A stretch of 64,000 nucleotides of DNA. It comes from Polyangiaceae bacterium. Its GTDB lineage: Bacteria; Myxococcota_A; Polyangia; Polyangiales; Polyangiaceae. Shown here piece by piece: positions 14,249 through 24,448 of the stretch (positions are counted from its first letter, which is position 1; each line of letters begins with the position of its first letter). The stretch covers positions 1 through 64,000 of the forward strand of contig JBILLK010000023.1 of NCBI GenBank assembly GCA_044376115.1. The letters run 5' to 3'. The position numbers and the translations under genes are program-made. The notes beneath the pieces were generated by a model that saw only the letters and a list, made by a program, of their open reading frames with translations, was not told where the DNA came from and searched no databases.

Positions 14249-14899
14249 CTACACACCAGACTTGTCGCCCCAAACAACCTTGTGCAGCTGCAGATTGAAA
14301 CGCACCGGGAGTTCATCGGCGAGCAGCCAGGCAATCAGATCCTTTGGATCGAGCGCGCCCCAAACCGCTGAGGCCAGCAGCTTGCAGCCCAGTTCCGCAA
14401 GCTTGCGGGAGCGGATCACCTCGACCATCCACTCGTAGTCCGCTCGCCCGGCGAGGACGAACTTAACCTCGTCCCGCTGCGTTAGGTGACTGAGATTCTC
14501 CCAACGATTCCTGTGGGACTCCCCAGAAATGGGGGCTTTGAGATCCATGATGCGGTGCACGCGCGCGTCAACACGGGAGATGTCTGCCTGACCACTGGTC
14601 TCCAGCAAGACCGTCCGGCCAGCGTCACACAACTCGGCCAGCAGCGGGATGACCCCCGGTTGAAGCAATGGCTCACCGCCCGTTAGTTCAATCAAGCCTG
14701 GTCCGAGCGCAAGGGCCTGCTCGAGCACCTGCTGCCGCTTCATGCGCGTGCCGGCGTAGAAGGCTTGCGGCGTGTCACACCACGCGCAACGCAAGTTGCA
14801 GCCGGTCAGTCGAACGAACGTGCAAGGCTCGCCCTGAAACGACGACTCGCCTTGGATGCTTCGGTAGATCTCGTGGACGACGAGCGTTTCTTCTTTCAC
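14249..14899 (-). CDS. queE: 7-carboxy-7-deazaguanine synthase (radical SAM)
   Basis: SIQGE, CNLRCAWCDT, TGGEPL, LQLHK. Confidence 0.85.
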   Translation of the reverse strand: MKEETLVVHEIYRSIQGESSFQGEPCTFVRLTGCNLRCAWCDTPQAFYAGTRMKRQQVLEQALALGPGLIELTGGEPLLQPGVIPLLAELCDAGRTVLLETSGQADISRVDARVHRIMDLKAPISGESHRNRWENLSHLTQRDEVKFVLAGRADYEWMVEVIRSRKLAELGCKLLASAVWGALDPKDLIAWLLADELPVRFNLQLHKVVWGDKSGV

Positions 14900-15019
14900 G
14901 TGAGTCCCGCCGTTGGTTGCGTTCGCCCTGGTTTCGCCGCCTGTAGCACAGCTAATGGCGAATGGGTGTCGTAGTCGGGAATACCGCTGCGTTGGCTTGG
15001 GCTACGGCTGCTCGAGACC

Positions 15020-15844
15020 TCAGCCCGTGTCGAGTTCAACGTGGCCCGAGCGCACGTCCACGACCAAGCCATCATCACGCCGCACACGAAGGGCACCTTC
15101 AGTGCTGAGGCCATCCGCAGTCCCCCTCACCTCCCCGACCTTGACCCGCAAACCGCGCAGCACGTCCAAGCGTTTGAGCGGGGCAAGCCAGGGTCCGAGC
15201 CCCTCCTTCGCAAACTCCGTCGACGCGAGCAACAAGTCCGAAACCAACCGCGCCGCCAAACGTTCCCGAGACACCAACTCAGCGCCGAGCAACGCAAGTG
15301 ACGTGGCCACCCCTTGGAGTTCAGCGGGCAAGCTACGCAGGCGAACGTTGATCCCGACGCCCACGATCATCGCGCCGAGCAGCTCGCCGCGCACCTGCGT
15401 TTCCACGAGCACCCCGGCCACTTTCAACCACCCGGATGGCTGCCTCACCACCACGTCGTTGGGCCATTTCACCTGCGCTTGAAAGCCTGTGCGCTCAAGT
15501 TCGACGTTGAGTTGCGCCGCCAAAATGGCCCCAACGACGAGCGCAAACGGCGCCGCGTATGAAGGCGCAATCTCGGGTCGCAGCACAACCGAGAGGTAAA
15601 TGTTCTGGTTTTGAGGGGAGTGCCAAACGTTGCCGTGGCGGCCACGTCCCTTCGTCTGCCCGTCTGCGATGACGATCGTTCCCTCTGAACAGCCGCGTCC
15701 AGCTAACGCCTTCGCGTCGTCGTTGGTTGAGCCAGTCGCGGCAAGAACGTGAATCTCACCCGCAAACGATGGGCAACGGGACGAAACCTCTTGGGCGAGT
15801 AACGCTCGTGAGAGCGCGGGGTCCGCGTCAGTGGGCGAGTTCAC
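15020..15844 (-). CDS. birA: Biotin-[acetyl-CoA carboxylase] ligase (no HTH)
   Basis: STND, QTKGRGRHG, KWPND, KVAGVL, GVGINV. Confidence 0.92.
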   Translation of the reverse strand: MNSPTDADPALSRALLAQEVSSRCPSFAGEIHVLAATGSTNDDAKALAGRGCSEGTIVIADGQTKGRGRHGNVWHSPQNQNIYLSVVLRPEIAPSYAAPFALVVGAILAAQLNVELERTGFQAQVKWPNDVVVRQPSGWLKVAGVLVETQVRGELLGAMIVGVGINVRLRSLPAELQGVATSLALLGAELVSRERLAARLVSDLLLASTEFAKEGLGPWLAPLKRLDVLRGLRVKVGEVRGTADGLSTEGALRVRRDDGLVVDVRSGHVELDTG

Positions 15845-16692
15845 TCGAGCTCGAGTTCGAGGGAGATATCCGCCGCTTTTGCCGAATGAGTGAGCGCCCC
15901 AACGCTGATGATATCGACGCCGAGCTTCGCGAGAACGGCAATGCGGTCCAGCGTGATACCACCCGAAGCCTCGATGATCGGGCGGGGTGAGCAGCTGGCG
16001 ACGCGCGCCACCGCCGAAGCCACCCCTGCGTCGTCAAAGTTGTCGAGCATGATGATGTCAGCACCCGCGCTCAGCGCCTGTTCGAGTTCGGCCAGCGAGC
16101 CAACTTCAACCTCGATCCGGCTGGTATGAGGCGCGAACGCTCGCGCCCGGGCAACCGCCGCCGCAATACCGCCCGCGGCAACGATATGGTTGTCTTTGAT
16201 CATCACGGCCGAACCCAGGTCATTGCGATGATTGTGGGCGCCGCCAACGCGCACCGCGTATCGCTCGAGGGCACGTAGACCCGGGGTCGTTTTACGGGTG
16301 TCGGTGATGCGGGTGGAGGTGCCGGCCGGAAGCGCGTCGACGCAGGCGCGCGCAAGCGTGGCAGTGCCCGACATGCGCTGTACGAAGTTGAGCGCGGTCC
16401 GCTCGGCCATGAGCAGGCTGCGAGCGGAGCCAGTCGCACGCCATATGCAACGACGATCTCCCGCCTTTTGGCCGTCGCTCACGTCGAGGAACACCTCGGT
16501 CTTAGCGTCTACGAGCTGAAAGACCCTGCGAAAGACCTCTCCCCCAGCAACCACCAACGGTGATTTCGCCAGGGCCCGTGCACGAGCCCGCCGTTCTGGG
16601 TCGATACACGCCTCAACCGATAGGTCCCCGCCTGCGAGGTCTTCCCGAAGCGCGGTCAAGATGATTTCGTCGAGCAGGGGCTGGAGCAGCAT
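15841..16692 (-). CDS. nadC: Quinolinate phosphoribosyltransferase
   Basis: DTRKTTPGLR, IKDNH, IMLDNF, EASGG. Confidence 0.95.
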   Translation of the reverse strand: MLLQPLLDEIILTALREDLAGGDLSVEACIDPERRARARALAKSPLVVAGGEVFRRVFQLVDAKTEVFLDVSDGQKAGDRRCIWRATGSARSLLMAERTALNFVQRMSGTATLARACVDALPAGTSTRITDTRKTTPGLRALERYAVRVGGAHNHRNDLGSAVMIKDNHIVAAGGIAAAVARARAFAPHTSRIEVEVGSLAELEQALSAGADIIMLDNFDDAGVASAVARVASCSPRPIIEASGGITLDRIAVLAKLGVDIISVGALTHSAKAADISLELELE

Positions 16693-16996
16693 GGCGTCCT
16701 GTTCTCACGACCACCCAAAGGCCGCAAACATCAAGCGCCTACCGGTGTGAGGGCGCTAACAAATCTTCACCCAGCGAACAGACCGCAAAATCGCTGGGAA
16801 ACGCCTTGTTCGCGGACGGACTTCCCGCACCAGCAGCATTTTGTCGAGGCTGAAACCATATTTCGGTCGCCTCTCCGTCTAAACCTCTGTGAAACTGTAC
16901 CGAAGCGCGATCACCCCCTCCTCTGGACTTCCGGTTGTCGAGCAGGCTGAGAACGGTCAAGCTGTCGTGCTACCTTCCACCCCTCCTTCGAAGACC

Positions 16997-19057
16997 ATGC
17001 GCCCTCAAGTCGGCCAGCTCATCAACAACAAGTACAGGCTTGTGCGCCTGCTCGGCGACGGCGGCATGGGCAGCGTCTTCGAGGCCACCCATGAAGTCCT
17101 TGGGAGCAGCGTCGCACTCAAGTTCCTGCACCCCGAGCTCGCGAGGCGCCAAGGGCTAGTGCAACGCTTCCTGCAGGAGGCACGCGTCTCGGCAAAGATT
17201 CAAAGCCCGCACGTCGTCCGGGTGAGCGACGTCGAGCAGACGCCCAACGGTCTTCCCTTCATGGTGATGGACTTCCTCAAAGGGAGAAGTCTGCAGACCC
17301 TTTACGAGGACAACTATCGCGCAGGCGTGCGCCTTTCCTATGCAGAGGCACTCGAATTTGCGATGCAAATGCTCGACGGCCTCGAAGCTGCGCATGAAGA
17401 AGGCATCGTGCACCGTGACCTGAAGCCCGACAACGTCATGGTGGTTACGGGCAAGCGCGGCGATCAGGTCATGAAGCTGCTCGACTTCGGCATCGCGAAA
17501 CTCAAGGTCGATGGCGAGATCAACAAGGGGCTGACGCGGCCCGGGGTAATCATGGGCACCCCCGAATACATGGCGCCCGAACAGGTCTTCTCCGCGGACT
17601 CCGTGGACGGTCGGGCCGACGTGTTCTCGGCGGGCGTAATGATTTTCGAGATGCTCGCTGGAAGGCGCCCAGTTGGCGGGGATGAAGCCCACCAGATCGC
17701 TGCCGCGTATATCTCGGGCAACATCGCCAAGCTGACCGACCTCGCACCGTCGGTGCCCGCAGAACTGGCGGCAGTCGTACACAAGGCTATGGCAGCGGAC
17801 CCGAAGGACCGTATCGCCACCGTTCAGGAGCTTCGTGCTGGGATCGCGCCTTTCGCGCGAGAGGTTGGGCTGAGGACGTCTGGTTCGACACCGCCACCTA
17901 GTCCCACGGGACTGAAGTCGAACGGTACGGCTGTCCTTGTGGCGGGTGGTGCTGCGGCCAACGAATCGTTGGGCGGCGTGGCCGTGTCCCCGGTCGACTA
18001 CGCCGAGACGGCGAAGGTCTCCGAGCCATGGCGCGGTGACGATGTCGCAGCGATCAGTGCGAAACTCGCCGCTGCAGGCGGCGCCAACTTTGAGTCGACG
18101 TTGGAAGCGCAGCCGTTCTTTCCAGGGTCGACGGAGGCGTACCAACCCGCCGCTCACGTGATGTCGCAGCAGCAGTCGGTTGGGACGCCGAACGATCCTC
18201 TGCAAATGCGCCCGGGCGGCACGGATGTTGGCGCCGCGATGTTGCCCAGCACCGCCGACTTTGCGAGCACCCACCTTGCGACTGGCCCCGCGGTGGCTCC
18301 GCCGGTGGTAGCGAGTTATGGGCCCACGGCTATCCCCGGAGCCGCTCCAACGGCCCGCCGCAAGAACAAGGGTGGGCTTTCGTTGGTCGCGATCTTGGGA
18401 ATTGCGAGCGCCTTCACCGCGCTCGTGGTCGGCGGCGTGTACGCCTACGAGCAGTATGGGGGTACGTCGTCGAAGTCTGAGAAGACCAAGACCGTACCGC
18501 TTCCGGCAAAGACCTCGCAGCCCGAGCCGGAACCGCAGCCGCAACCGCAACCGCAGCCGCAACCCAACTACCAGCCCCAACCTACGCCGCAGCCGGTTTC
18601 GCAGCCGCCCCAGGCATCGACAAAGCCCAGTACGCCAGGGCCCTTGCCGTCGACAAAGCCAACGGCGACGACGACGAACACCGTGCCGATCCTGCCGAGC
18701 GCATTTCCGCCGGGCATCCCAACGACATTGCCAATCCCCACCGACTGGGGCATTCCCGGAATGAACCCCCAACCGCAACCTCAGCCGACCACGAAGCCTT
18801 CGAAGCCCGGCGGGCCCAAATTGGAACCGATCAAGCGCGGGGCGCTCGAAGCCCCCAAAGGTCCGACAACGGCGACGGCACAGACGGAAACCGCGAATCG
18901 GCCCACCAGGCCGGCAGCTTCCCGCCCAGTCGGCTCACGGCCCGTTCTCAAGCCGGCTCAGCCGCAGACCGCGCAAACAAAGCCCGGTCGTAAAGTGAAC
19001 GGTGAACCGACCAAAACAGCCTCGGAGGGGCGGGTACTCAAGCCCCGATTGAGGTAG
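16997..19057 (+). CDS. Membrane Ser/Thr protein kinase with Pro-rich C-terminal tail
   Basis: GDGGMG, VALK, HRDLKPDN, DFG, GTPEYMAPE, one TM; start could lie further upstream (16889). Confidence 0.92.
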   Translation: MRPQVGQLINNKYRLVRLLGDGGMGSVFEATHEVLGSSVALKFLHPELARRQGLVQRFLQEARVSAKIQSPHVVRVSDVEQTPNGLPFMVMDFLKGRSLQTLYEDNYRAGVRLSYAEALEFAMQMLDGLEAAHEEGIVHRDLKPDNVMVVTGKRGDQVMKLLDFGIAKLKVDGEINKGLTRPGVIMGTPEYMAPEQVFSADSVDGRADVFSAGVMIFEMLAGRRPVGGDEAHQIAAAYISGNIAKLTDLAPSVPAELAAVVHKAMAADPKDRIATVQELRAGIAPFAREVGLRTSGSTPPPSPTGLKSNGTAVLVAGGAAANESLGGVAVSPVDYAETAKVSEPWRGDDVAAISAKLAAAGGANFESTLEAQPFFPGSTEAYQPAAHVMSQQQSVGTPNDPLQMRPGGTDVGAAMLPSTADFASTHLATGPAVAPPVVASYGPTAIPGAAPTARRKNKGGLSLVAILGIASAFTALVVGGVYAYEQYGGTSSKSEKTKTVPLPAKTSQPEPEPQPQPQPQPQPNYQPQPTPQPVSQPPQASTKPSTPGPLPSTKPTATTTNTVPILPSAFPPGIPTTLPIPTDWGIPGMNPQPQPQPTTKPSKPGGPKLEPIKRGALEAPKGPTTATAQTETANRPTRPAASRPVGSRPVLKPAQPQTAQTKPGRKVNGEPTKTASEGRVLKPRLR
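18518..18565 (+). repeat. (PQ)n coding repeat
   Basis: CAGCCG/CAACCG hexamers encoding QPEPEPQPQPQPQPQP. Confidence 0.7.
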
Positions 19058-19067
19058 GCTGGCGCTG

Positions 19068-19982
19068 ATGGACGAAGGCCTCAATGAGCGGGGTGGGCTG
19101 GCGGTTGCAGGTGCGCCTCCCGCCCCGTTAGCCGATCTACCGCGCGCACCCGACGCAGCTGAGTTAGCGGCCCGTGGCGCGCTTGTCGCAATGCAAGAGC
19201 CTCCTCCGCCGGGTTGGCCTGCTTCACCGTCTTCCGCAGCCTTGGCCGGGCCGCTGGCCGGGCAGTTTGGACCTGGCATGACGCAGCCCGGGGCGATGCC
19301 CAGCTTTCCGGCAGCGGGGCCTGACTTCCCGATGGGCCCTGGCGCCACCGCGCTCGGGGACGCCCCCATGCCAATGACCGCCGCCATGCCACCGCTCGGT
19401 GCAGCTCCCTTCGTTGCGCCGGCGCCACCAGCACGCGCAGCAAGCTCTCGAGCCCCGATGTTGGTGGGCGTGTTGGCGTTGGCGATCGCTGGCGTCGGAA
19501 TCGCGGCCTTCGTTGTGCACCGCCAATCCGCATCCGCCGAGTCCGAGCAAGAAGCGGAGCCCGTTCGCAAGAAGCCCAAAGCGACGGCCAGCGCCAAAAC
19601 AACGGCCACGGCGGCCTCCCCTGCCCCCACCGAAACGGAGGAGGCCGAGGAACCTCAACCAACGGCTGCGCCTCCCACCGCGACCACGCCACCCACCGCG
19701 GCGCCCCCTGCGACCTCGCCCAAGCCCCCTGCGACGACGCCCAAACCCACGAGCACAGTGCCCAGTCCGAAGCCAACCAGCACAGCGCCGAAGCCGCAGC
19801 CAAGTACGACGACGACCGCGCCGAAGCCTGGTGGGTTGCGTCCCGTTGGCCGACCAACTCGTCCCTCGCCCTCATCAACAGCGCAACCAACGACACAGCC
19901 GACTTCGCAGCCAACCGCTCCGAAGCCCGGTGGATTGAAACCGCCTGGTCGCAAGATCAAACCCAAAAAAGCCGAGAACTGA
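19068..19982 (+). CDS. Pro/Thr-rich single-TM protein
   Basis: Central TM (PMLVGVLALAIAGVGIAAFVV) with low-complexity flanks. Confidence 0.7.
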   Translation: MDEGLNERGGLAVAGAPPAPLADLPRAPDAAELAARGALVAMQEPPPPGWPASPSSAALAGPLAGQFGPGMTQPGAMPSFPAAGPDFPMGPGATALGDAPMPMTAAMPPLGAAPFVAPAPPARAASSRAPMLVGVLALAIAGVGIAAFVVHRQSASAESEQEAEPVRKKPKATASAKTTATAASPAPTETEEAEEPQPTAAPPTATTPPTAAPPATSPKPPATTPKPTSTVPSPKPTSTAPKPQPSTTTTAPKPGGLRPVGRPTRPSPSSTAQPTTQPTSQPTAPKPGGLKPPGRKIKPKKAEN

Positions 19983-19984
19983 TC

Positions 19985-20836
19985 TTGCCCATCGCAATCG
20001 AACGTAGACCGCCCTCTCGCCAGGGGGAGCTTCGCCTGTTGCTCGAATCGAACCGCGCGACGGCCGATGAAGGCGCGTTGTTGATCGCGCGCGACGCGTA
20101 CCCAGCGTTGCGGCTGGAGACCTACCGCGCACGCTTGGACACGCTCGCGGACCGCGTGGTTGCGAGGCTGCAGCGCGACTCCAGCCTTTCGGATCAACTG
20201 GCAGCGCTTCGAACGGAGCTCTACGAGAGCGCTGGCCTGCGCGGCAACACCACCGACTACTACGACGCACGCAACAGCTACATCAACGACGTGCTCGATC
20301 GTGGCTTGGGCATCCCGATCTCGCTCGCCGTCGTCATCCTCGGCGTGGCGAGACGAAGCGGAATCGTAGTCGAGGGGATCGCCTTTCCTGGGCATTTCCT
20401 CGTTCGCTTGGGTGGCCCCGGAGGCCCCTTTGCCGATCCGTTCGCGCAACTGCGCACGCTCAATCAGGCAGGGCTCGATGAGCTCGCAAAGCGAGCCGTG
20501 GGAGAGGGCTCCGCAGCGATGGAGGTACGCCCGAGTCACCTCGAACCTGTGTCCAATCGAGTGATCCTGCTACGCATGCTGACCAATCTTCACGCCATTC
20601 ACGCACGACAGAAGGATCACGCGAGGGCGCTTCAGGTCTGCGACCGGCTGGTTGAACTCGATGCTGGGCCGTCAGCGCTGCGCGATCGTGGCCTGCATGC
20701 GCTCGCACTTGGAGCGGTTGGCGTCGCCAAAGAGGACCTCAACGCCTACCTCGCGACCGCACCGAACCCGCCGGATCGCGCTCGGATCGAGACCTTGCTC
20801 AAGAAGCCGACTGTAGCCACCATTCGCTGGAACTGA
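19985..20836 (+). CDS. SirB1/transglutaminase-like protein with TPR
   Basis: YYDARNSYINDVL, GIPISL, FPGHFLV, DPF, RDRGL. Confidence 0.8.
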   Translation: MPIAIERRPPSRQGELRLLLESNRATADEGALLIARDAYPALRLETYRARLDTLADRVVARLQRDSSLSDQLAALRTELYESAGLRGNTTDYYDARNSYINDVLDRGLGIPISLAVVILGVARRSGIVVEGIAFPGHFLVRLGGPGGPFADPFAQLRTLNQAGLDELAKRAVGEGSAAMEVRPSHLEPVSNRVILLRMLTNLHAIHARQKDHARALQVCDRLVELDAGPSALRDRGLHALALGAVGVAKEDLNAYLATAPNPPDRARIETLLKKPTVATIRWN

Positions 20837-20966
20837 GGTCCGCAACCCGCAGGCAGGCGAACGGCTTTGCCTCACATTCGCGCGATGGCCACGCGATACC
20901 GCCGCCTCTTTCGGGTGGTAGCGGCTTCGACTAAGCCTGCCTCCGCAATATGGAGGTCACTTCGAG

Positions 20967-21503
20967 ATGAAGCGAATGAGTGTTTGGACCGGCATAGTCG
21001 TACTGGGCGCGGCCACAGGCTGTACGTCCACCGTCTTCTACACAGGAGAGGGACCGATCGCCATCAAGGGTGAAGCCCGAGAGCTGCTCAAGCTCGACAA
21101 GAAGGCGATCAAAGCCAAGCTGTCGGCCAAGAAGATCGAGATCGACGAGAAGGTTCAGTTCGAGATCAATCAGGCCGTCATCAAGACCGAGTCGCACCAA
21201 CTCCTCAACGACGTGGCGCAGGTGATGAAGGAGCACCCGGAGATCACCAAGCTCCGGGTCGAGGGACACGCGAGCGCGGACGGAGATGACAATCAGAACC
21301 TCAAGCTGAGCGATTCACGCGCGAAGGCGGTCGTCGCCTACCTCGTAACGCAGGGCATCGATGAGAAGCGCCTGGTTGGCCAAGGCTTCGGTGAAAAGCA
21401 GCCGCTCGCGGACAACAACACCGAAGAGGGTCGAGAGAAAAATCGCCGAGTCGAGTTCAACATTGCCGAGAAGGATGGCAAGCCGATCGAGGACAAGAAA
21501 TGA
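20967..21503 (+). CDS. OmpA-family peptidoglycan-binding lipoprotein
   Basis: Lipobox ATGC; VEGHAS, NLKLS..RA, NRRVEF. Confidence 0.9.
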   Translation: MKRMSVWTGIVVLGAATGCTSTVFYTGEGPIAIKGEARELLKLDKKAIKAKLSAKKIEIDEKVQFEINQAVIKTESHQLLNDVAQVMKEHPEITKLRVEGHASADGDDNQNLKLSDSRAKAVVAYLVTQGIDEKRLVGQGFGEKQPLADNNTEEGREKNRRVEFNIAEKDGKPIEDKK

Positions 21504-21952
21504 ACAGCGCCAAAGGAGAACGTGCCATGACCTCGAGCCGATTTAGCGCCCGCCTCGCCCTCTCAATGTTCAGCCTTGGACTTGCGGCCTGCGGTGGATA
21601 CGCGCGCACTCCGGAGCAGTGGACTGAAGACACCTACAAGCTCCTCGAGTCCAAGAGCGGCGACGTGCAGAAGTGTTACAACGAGCAGCTCAAGAAGAAC
21701 CCGCTGCTCGAGGGCAAAGTCACCGTGGACTTCATCGTTCACAACCGCACCGGCCAAGTCGCGAAGGTGCGCGTCGACGCTGCCAAGACGACAGCAGGAG
21801 ATCCGGTTCGCAAGTGCGTGGTGGACAACGTCGAGGACCTCAAACTGGGTCCTCCCGACGCCAACACCGGCAAAGCAACCTTCACCTGGGAGTTCACGAA
21901 GGAGATCGTGAAGTCACCTACACCGCCGGCGGGCGAGAAGCCCGCCACTTGA
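21500..21952 (+). CDS. Lipoprotein with AgmX/PglI (TonB-like) C-terminal domain
   Basis: Lipobox LAAC; VQKCYNEQLKKNPLLEGKVTVDF...C pattern; start may be 21527. Confidence 0.7.
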   Translation: MNSAKGERAMTSSRFSARLALSMFSLGLAACGGYARTPEQWTEDTYKLLESKSGDVQKCYNEQLKKNPLLEGKVTVDFIVHNRTGQVAKVRVDAAKTTAGDPVRKCVVDNVEDLKLGPPDANTGKATFTWEFTKEIVKSPTPPAGEKPAT

Positions 21953-21961
21953 ACGCCTAAG

Positions 21962-21988
21962 AAAAAGCCCCTGTAGCAGGGGCTTTTT
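21962..21988. terminator. Bidirectional intrinsic terminator
   Basis: AAAAAGCCCCTG-tag-CAGGGGCTTTTT between convergent genes. Confidence 0.9.
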
Positions 21989-21993
21989 CATAC

Positions 21994-22377
21994 TTAAGAC
22001 ACCATGCGGCGGCGCGGTAACTGAGCCGGCAGGAACTGCAGCTGGGATCGCAGCAGGGCACGATCCGCTTCGTCCATCGTCAGCTCGAGGCCCAGCGCGG
22101 CACCGAGATCGCCGTTGCGGCGGCCATGCTGAACACGGGCGACCACCCCCTCGGCATCAACGAATTGTCGAGTAAACGGCGCCATGAAGCTTACGAGCAG
22201 CTCCTCACCCGTAAGCACCGGGAAACGAGGGAGTACCAACATTCCGCAATCGGAAAGGTTCAGTGTCTGCTCGGCAATCAACTTGAAGTCGCGTTGACGA
22301 ATCACCTGACACGGAATTCGAAGCTGGTGCCGAGTCGGCCGGAGCGGCACATACCGAGCGTGGGTCCTGTTGCGCAT
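21994..22377 (-). CDS. PilZ domain protein
   Basis: R-rich N-terminus, NLSDCGM, AEGVVAR, LGLEL; GGAGG RBS before ATG at 22377. Confidence 0.75.
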   Translation of the reverse strand: MRNRTHARYVPLRPTRHQLRIPCQVIRQRDFKLIAEQTLNLSDCGMLVLPRFPVLTGEELLVSFMAPFTRQFVDAEGVVARVQHGRRNGDLGAALGLELTMDEADRALLRSQLQFLPAQLPRRRMVS

Positions 22378-22494
22378 ACTACATCCTCCGACATTGAGCC
22401 TAGCGGGCTTCCTCCCAGAGGCCCAATGTTCTACAAGCGAGCTGTTGAAGGCGACCCGACGGGTTGCTTGAGCTAGCGAACGCGTAGGAGTGCC

Positions 22495-22998
22495 ATGGCG
22501 AACTTTAAGATCACCCACGAGATCAACTGCAACGAGGCAACCTTCTGGGAGCTGTTCCTCGATAAGGAATTCAATACGAAGCTCTACCGTGAGGGCCTCG
22601 AGTTTTCGGAGTGGACGCTCGACGAGCAAACCGAGACCGAGACCGAGGTAAAGCGAAAGACGCGGGGCAAGCCGAAGCTCAAGAACGTGCCCACCGCCGT
22701 TGCCAAGATCCTCGGTGACTCCTTCGGCTACGCCGAGGTCGGTCAAATGGACAAGAGCAAGAAGGTGTGGACCTGGAAGCTCACGCCCACCGTCATGGCG
22801 GACAAAATTCGGCAAGAAGGAAGCCTGCGGATCGAAGCGGTCGGCGACAAAGTTCGCCGTACCGTTGAGATGGTGATCGAAGCGAAAGTCTTTGGCATCG
22901 GTGGCATGCTCGAGAGCACCGCAGAGAAGCAGCTACGCGAGGGTTGGGACACCTCGGCCGTGTTCATGAACAAGTGGCTCGAGACCCACAAGAAGTAA
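22495..22998 (+). CDS. DUF2505-like (START/SRPBCC-fold) protein
   Basis: AGGAG RBS; IEAKVFGIGGMLE motif recalled for this family. Confidence 0.7.
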   Translation: MANFKITHEINCNEATFWELFLDKEFNTKLYREGLEFSEWTLDEQTETETEVKRKTRGKPKLKNVPTAVAKILGDSFGYAEVGQMDKSKKVWTWKLTPTVMADKIRQEGSLRIEAVGDKVRRTVEMVIEAKVFGIGGMLESTAEKQLREGWDTSAVFMNKWLETHKK

Positions 22999-23077
22999 GA
23001 CGCAGGCCTATTCGGCGGTTAGAGCGGTCCCTACAAGGCTCGCGTACGAGACGAACGAATGAGCCACGGCATGAGCC

Positions 23078-24448
23078 GTGAGGAGTTGGGTTTTGAACGC
23101 GAGCAAGGGTCTTCCACATGTCGTGATCGTTGGGGCGGGGTTCGCCGGGCTATTTGCAGCCAAGGCGCTCGGTAACACGCCCGTCCGCGTCACCATCATC
23201 GACCGAACGAACCACCACACCTTTCAGCCGTTGCTGTACCAAGTGGCGACGGCGGGGTTGAATCCCGCTGACATCGCGGTGCCGATTCGCAAGGTTTTGC
23301 GCCGGTTCGAGAACATCACCGTCCTGCTTGGAGACGTTAAGAGGCTCGACCGCAAGAGCCGCAAACTCTATCTCGAAGACGGCGATGCTGTTGGTTACGA
23401 CTACCTGATCGTGGCAACGGGCGCGACGCACGCGTACTTCGGGCACAACGAGTTCGCGCCGTTCGCGCCCGGCCTCAAGACGGTGGATGAGGGCTTGCTG
23501 ATAAGGCAGCGCATCTTCCTTGCGTATGAAGAGGCGGAGCGTGAAACCGACGAGACCCGCATCAAGGCGCTGCTTACGTTTGTCGTCGTCGGAGCGGGTG
23601 CGACCGGTGTCGAGATGGCCGGGGCACTCGCAGAAATTTCGCGAGAAACGCTGGCGAACGAGTTCCGCAATATCGACCCCGAGAAGGCTCGCATCCTACT
23701 CGTTGAGGGCGGCGACCGAGTGCTCGGCAGCTACCCCGCGGAGCTATCCGAGAAGGCCCGTGAGTCGCTGGAGCGACTCGGAGTCGAGGTGCGCCTAGGT
23801 TCGCGCGTCACGAACGTAGATGCCGAAGGCGTGACGGTCCAACAGGGGAATCGCGATGAGCGGATCCCCTCGCGAACGGTGGTGTGGGCTGCGGGCATCG
23901 CGGCCTCCCCGCTAGCCAAGACGCTCGACGTTCCACTCGATAAAGTGGGCCGCGTCATCGTCACACCCGAGCTTTCGATCCCTGGTGATGAGCGGGTCTA
24001 CGTGGTTGGGGACTTGGCGCATTTCGAGCAAGACGGTCAGCCGATTCCGGGGATGTGCCCGCCGGCGATTCAGGGCGGTCGGCAGGCGGTGAAGAACATC
24101 CAGGCGCAAATCGCAGGGCGCCCGAGGGCGACCTTCCGCTATCACCACAAAGGCTCGATGGCGACCATCGGTCGCGCAGCTGCAGTGGCCGATCTCGGCG
24201 TCACCAAGCTCTCCGGCTACCTCGCTTGGCTAGCATGGTTAGTGATTCACCTGATGATGTTGATTGGGTTCAAGAATCGTCTGCTGGTCGTGCTGCAGTG
24301 GGCTTGGTCGTACTTCTCGTACGATCGGGGCTCGCGACTCATCCATGGAATGATCCTGCCTGAAGCGGCAGAACCGCTGGTGCTACCAAGCAAAAGAGGA
24401 GCAGCCCTCGCCGCTCCTCTTGCTCCCGAAGCCGTCAAACCCAGTTAG
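23078..24448 (+). CDS. ndh: Type II NADH dehydrogenase
   Basis: GAGFAG, FQPLLYQVAT, GAGATGVE, WAAG, KGSMATIGR. Confidence 0.9.
   Translation: MRSWVLNASKGLPHVVIVGAGFAGLFAAKALGNTPVRVTIIDRTNHHTFQPLLYQVATAGLNPADIAVPIRKVLRRFENITVLLGDVKRLDRKSRKLYLEDGDAVGYDYLIVATGATHAYFGHNEFAPFAPGLKTVDEGLLIRQRIFLAYEEAERETDETRIKALLTFVVVGAGATGVEMAGALAEISRETLANEFRNIDPEKARILLVEGGDRVLGSYPAELSEKARESLERLGVEVRLGSRVTNVDAEGVTVQQGNRDERIPSRTVVWAAGIAASPLAKTLDVPLDKVGRVIVTPELSIPGDERVYVVGDLAHFEQDGQPIPGMCPPAIQGGRQAVKNIQAQIAGRPRATFRYHHKGSMATIGRAAAVADLGVTKLSGYLAWLAWLVIHLMMLIGFKNRLLVVLQWAWSYFSYDRGSRLIHGMILPEAAEPLVLPSKRGAALAAPLAPEAVKPS

Noticed and set aside
17156..18778. Long antisense ORFs (also 25944-27086, 36002-36976, 59802-60749, 61886-63070)
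   Set aside because: Antisense shadows of well-supported genes, expected from GC-rich codon bias; no recognisable motifs
21994..22815. 273-aa version of the PilZ ORF
   Set aside because: The extension overlaps the opposite-strand gene at 22495-22998; a good RBS supports the start at 22377
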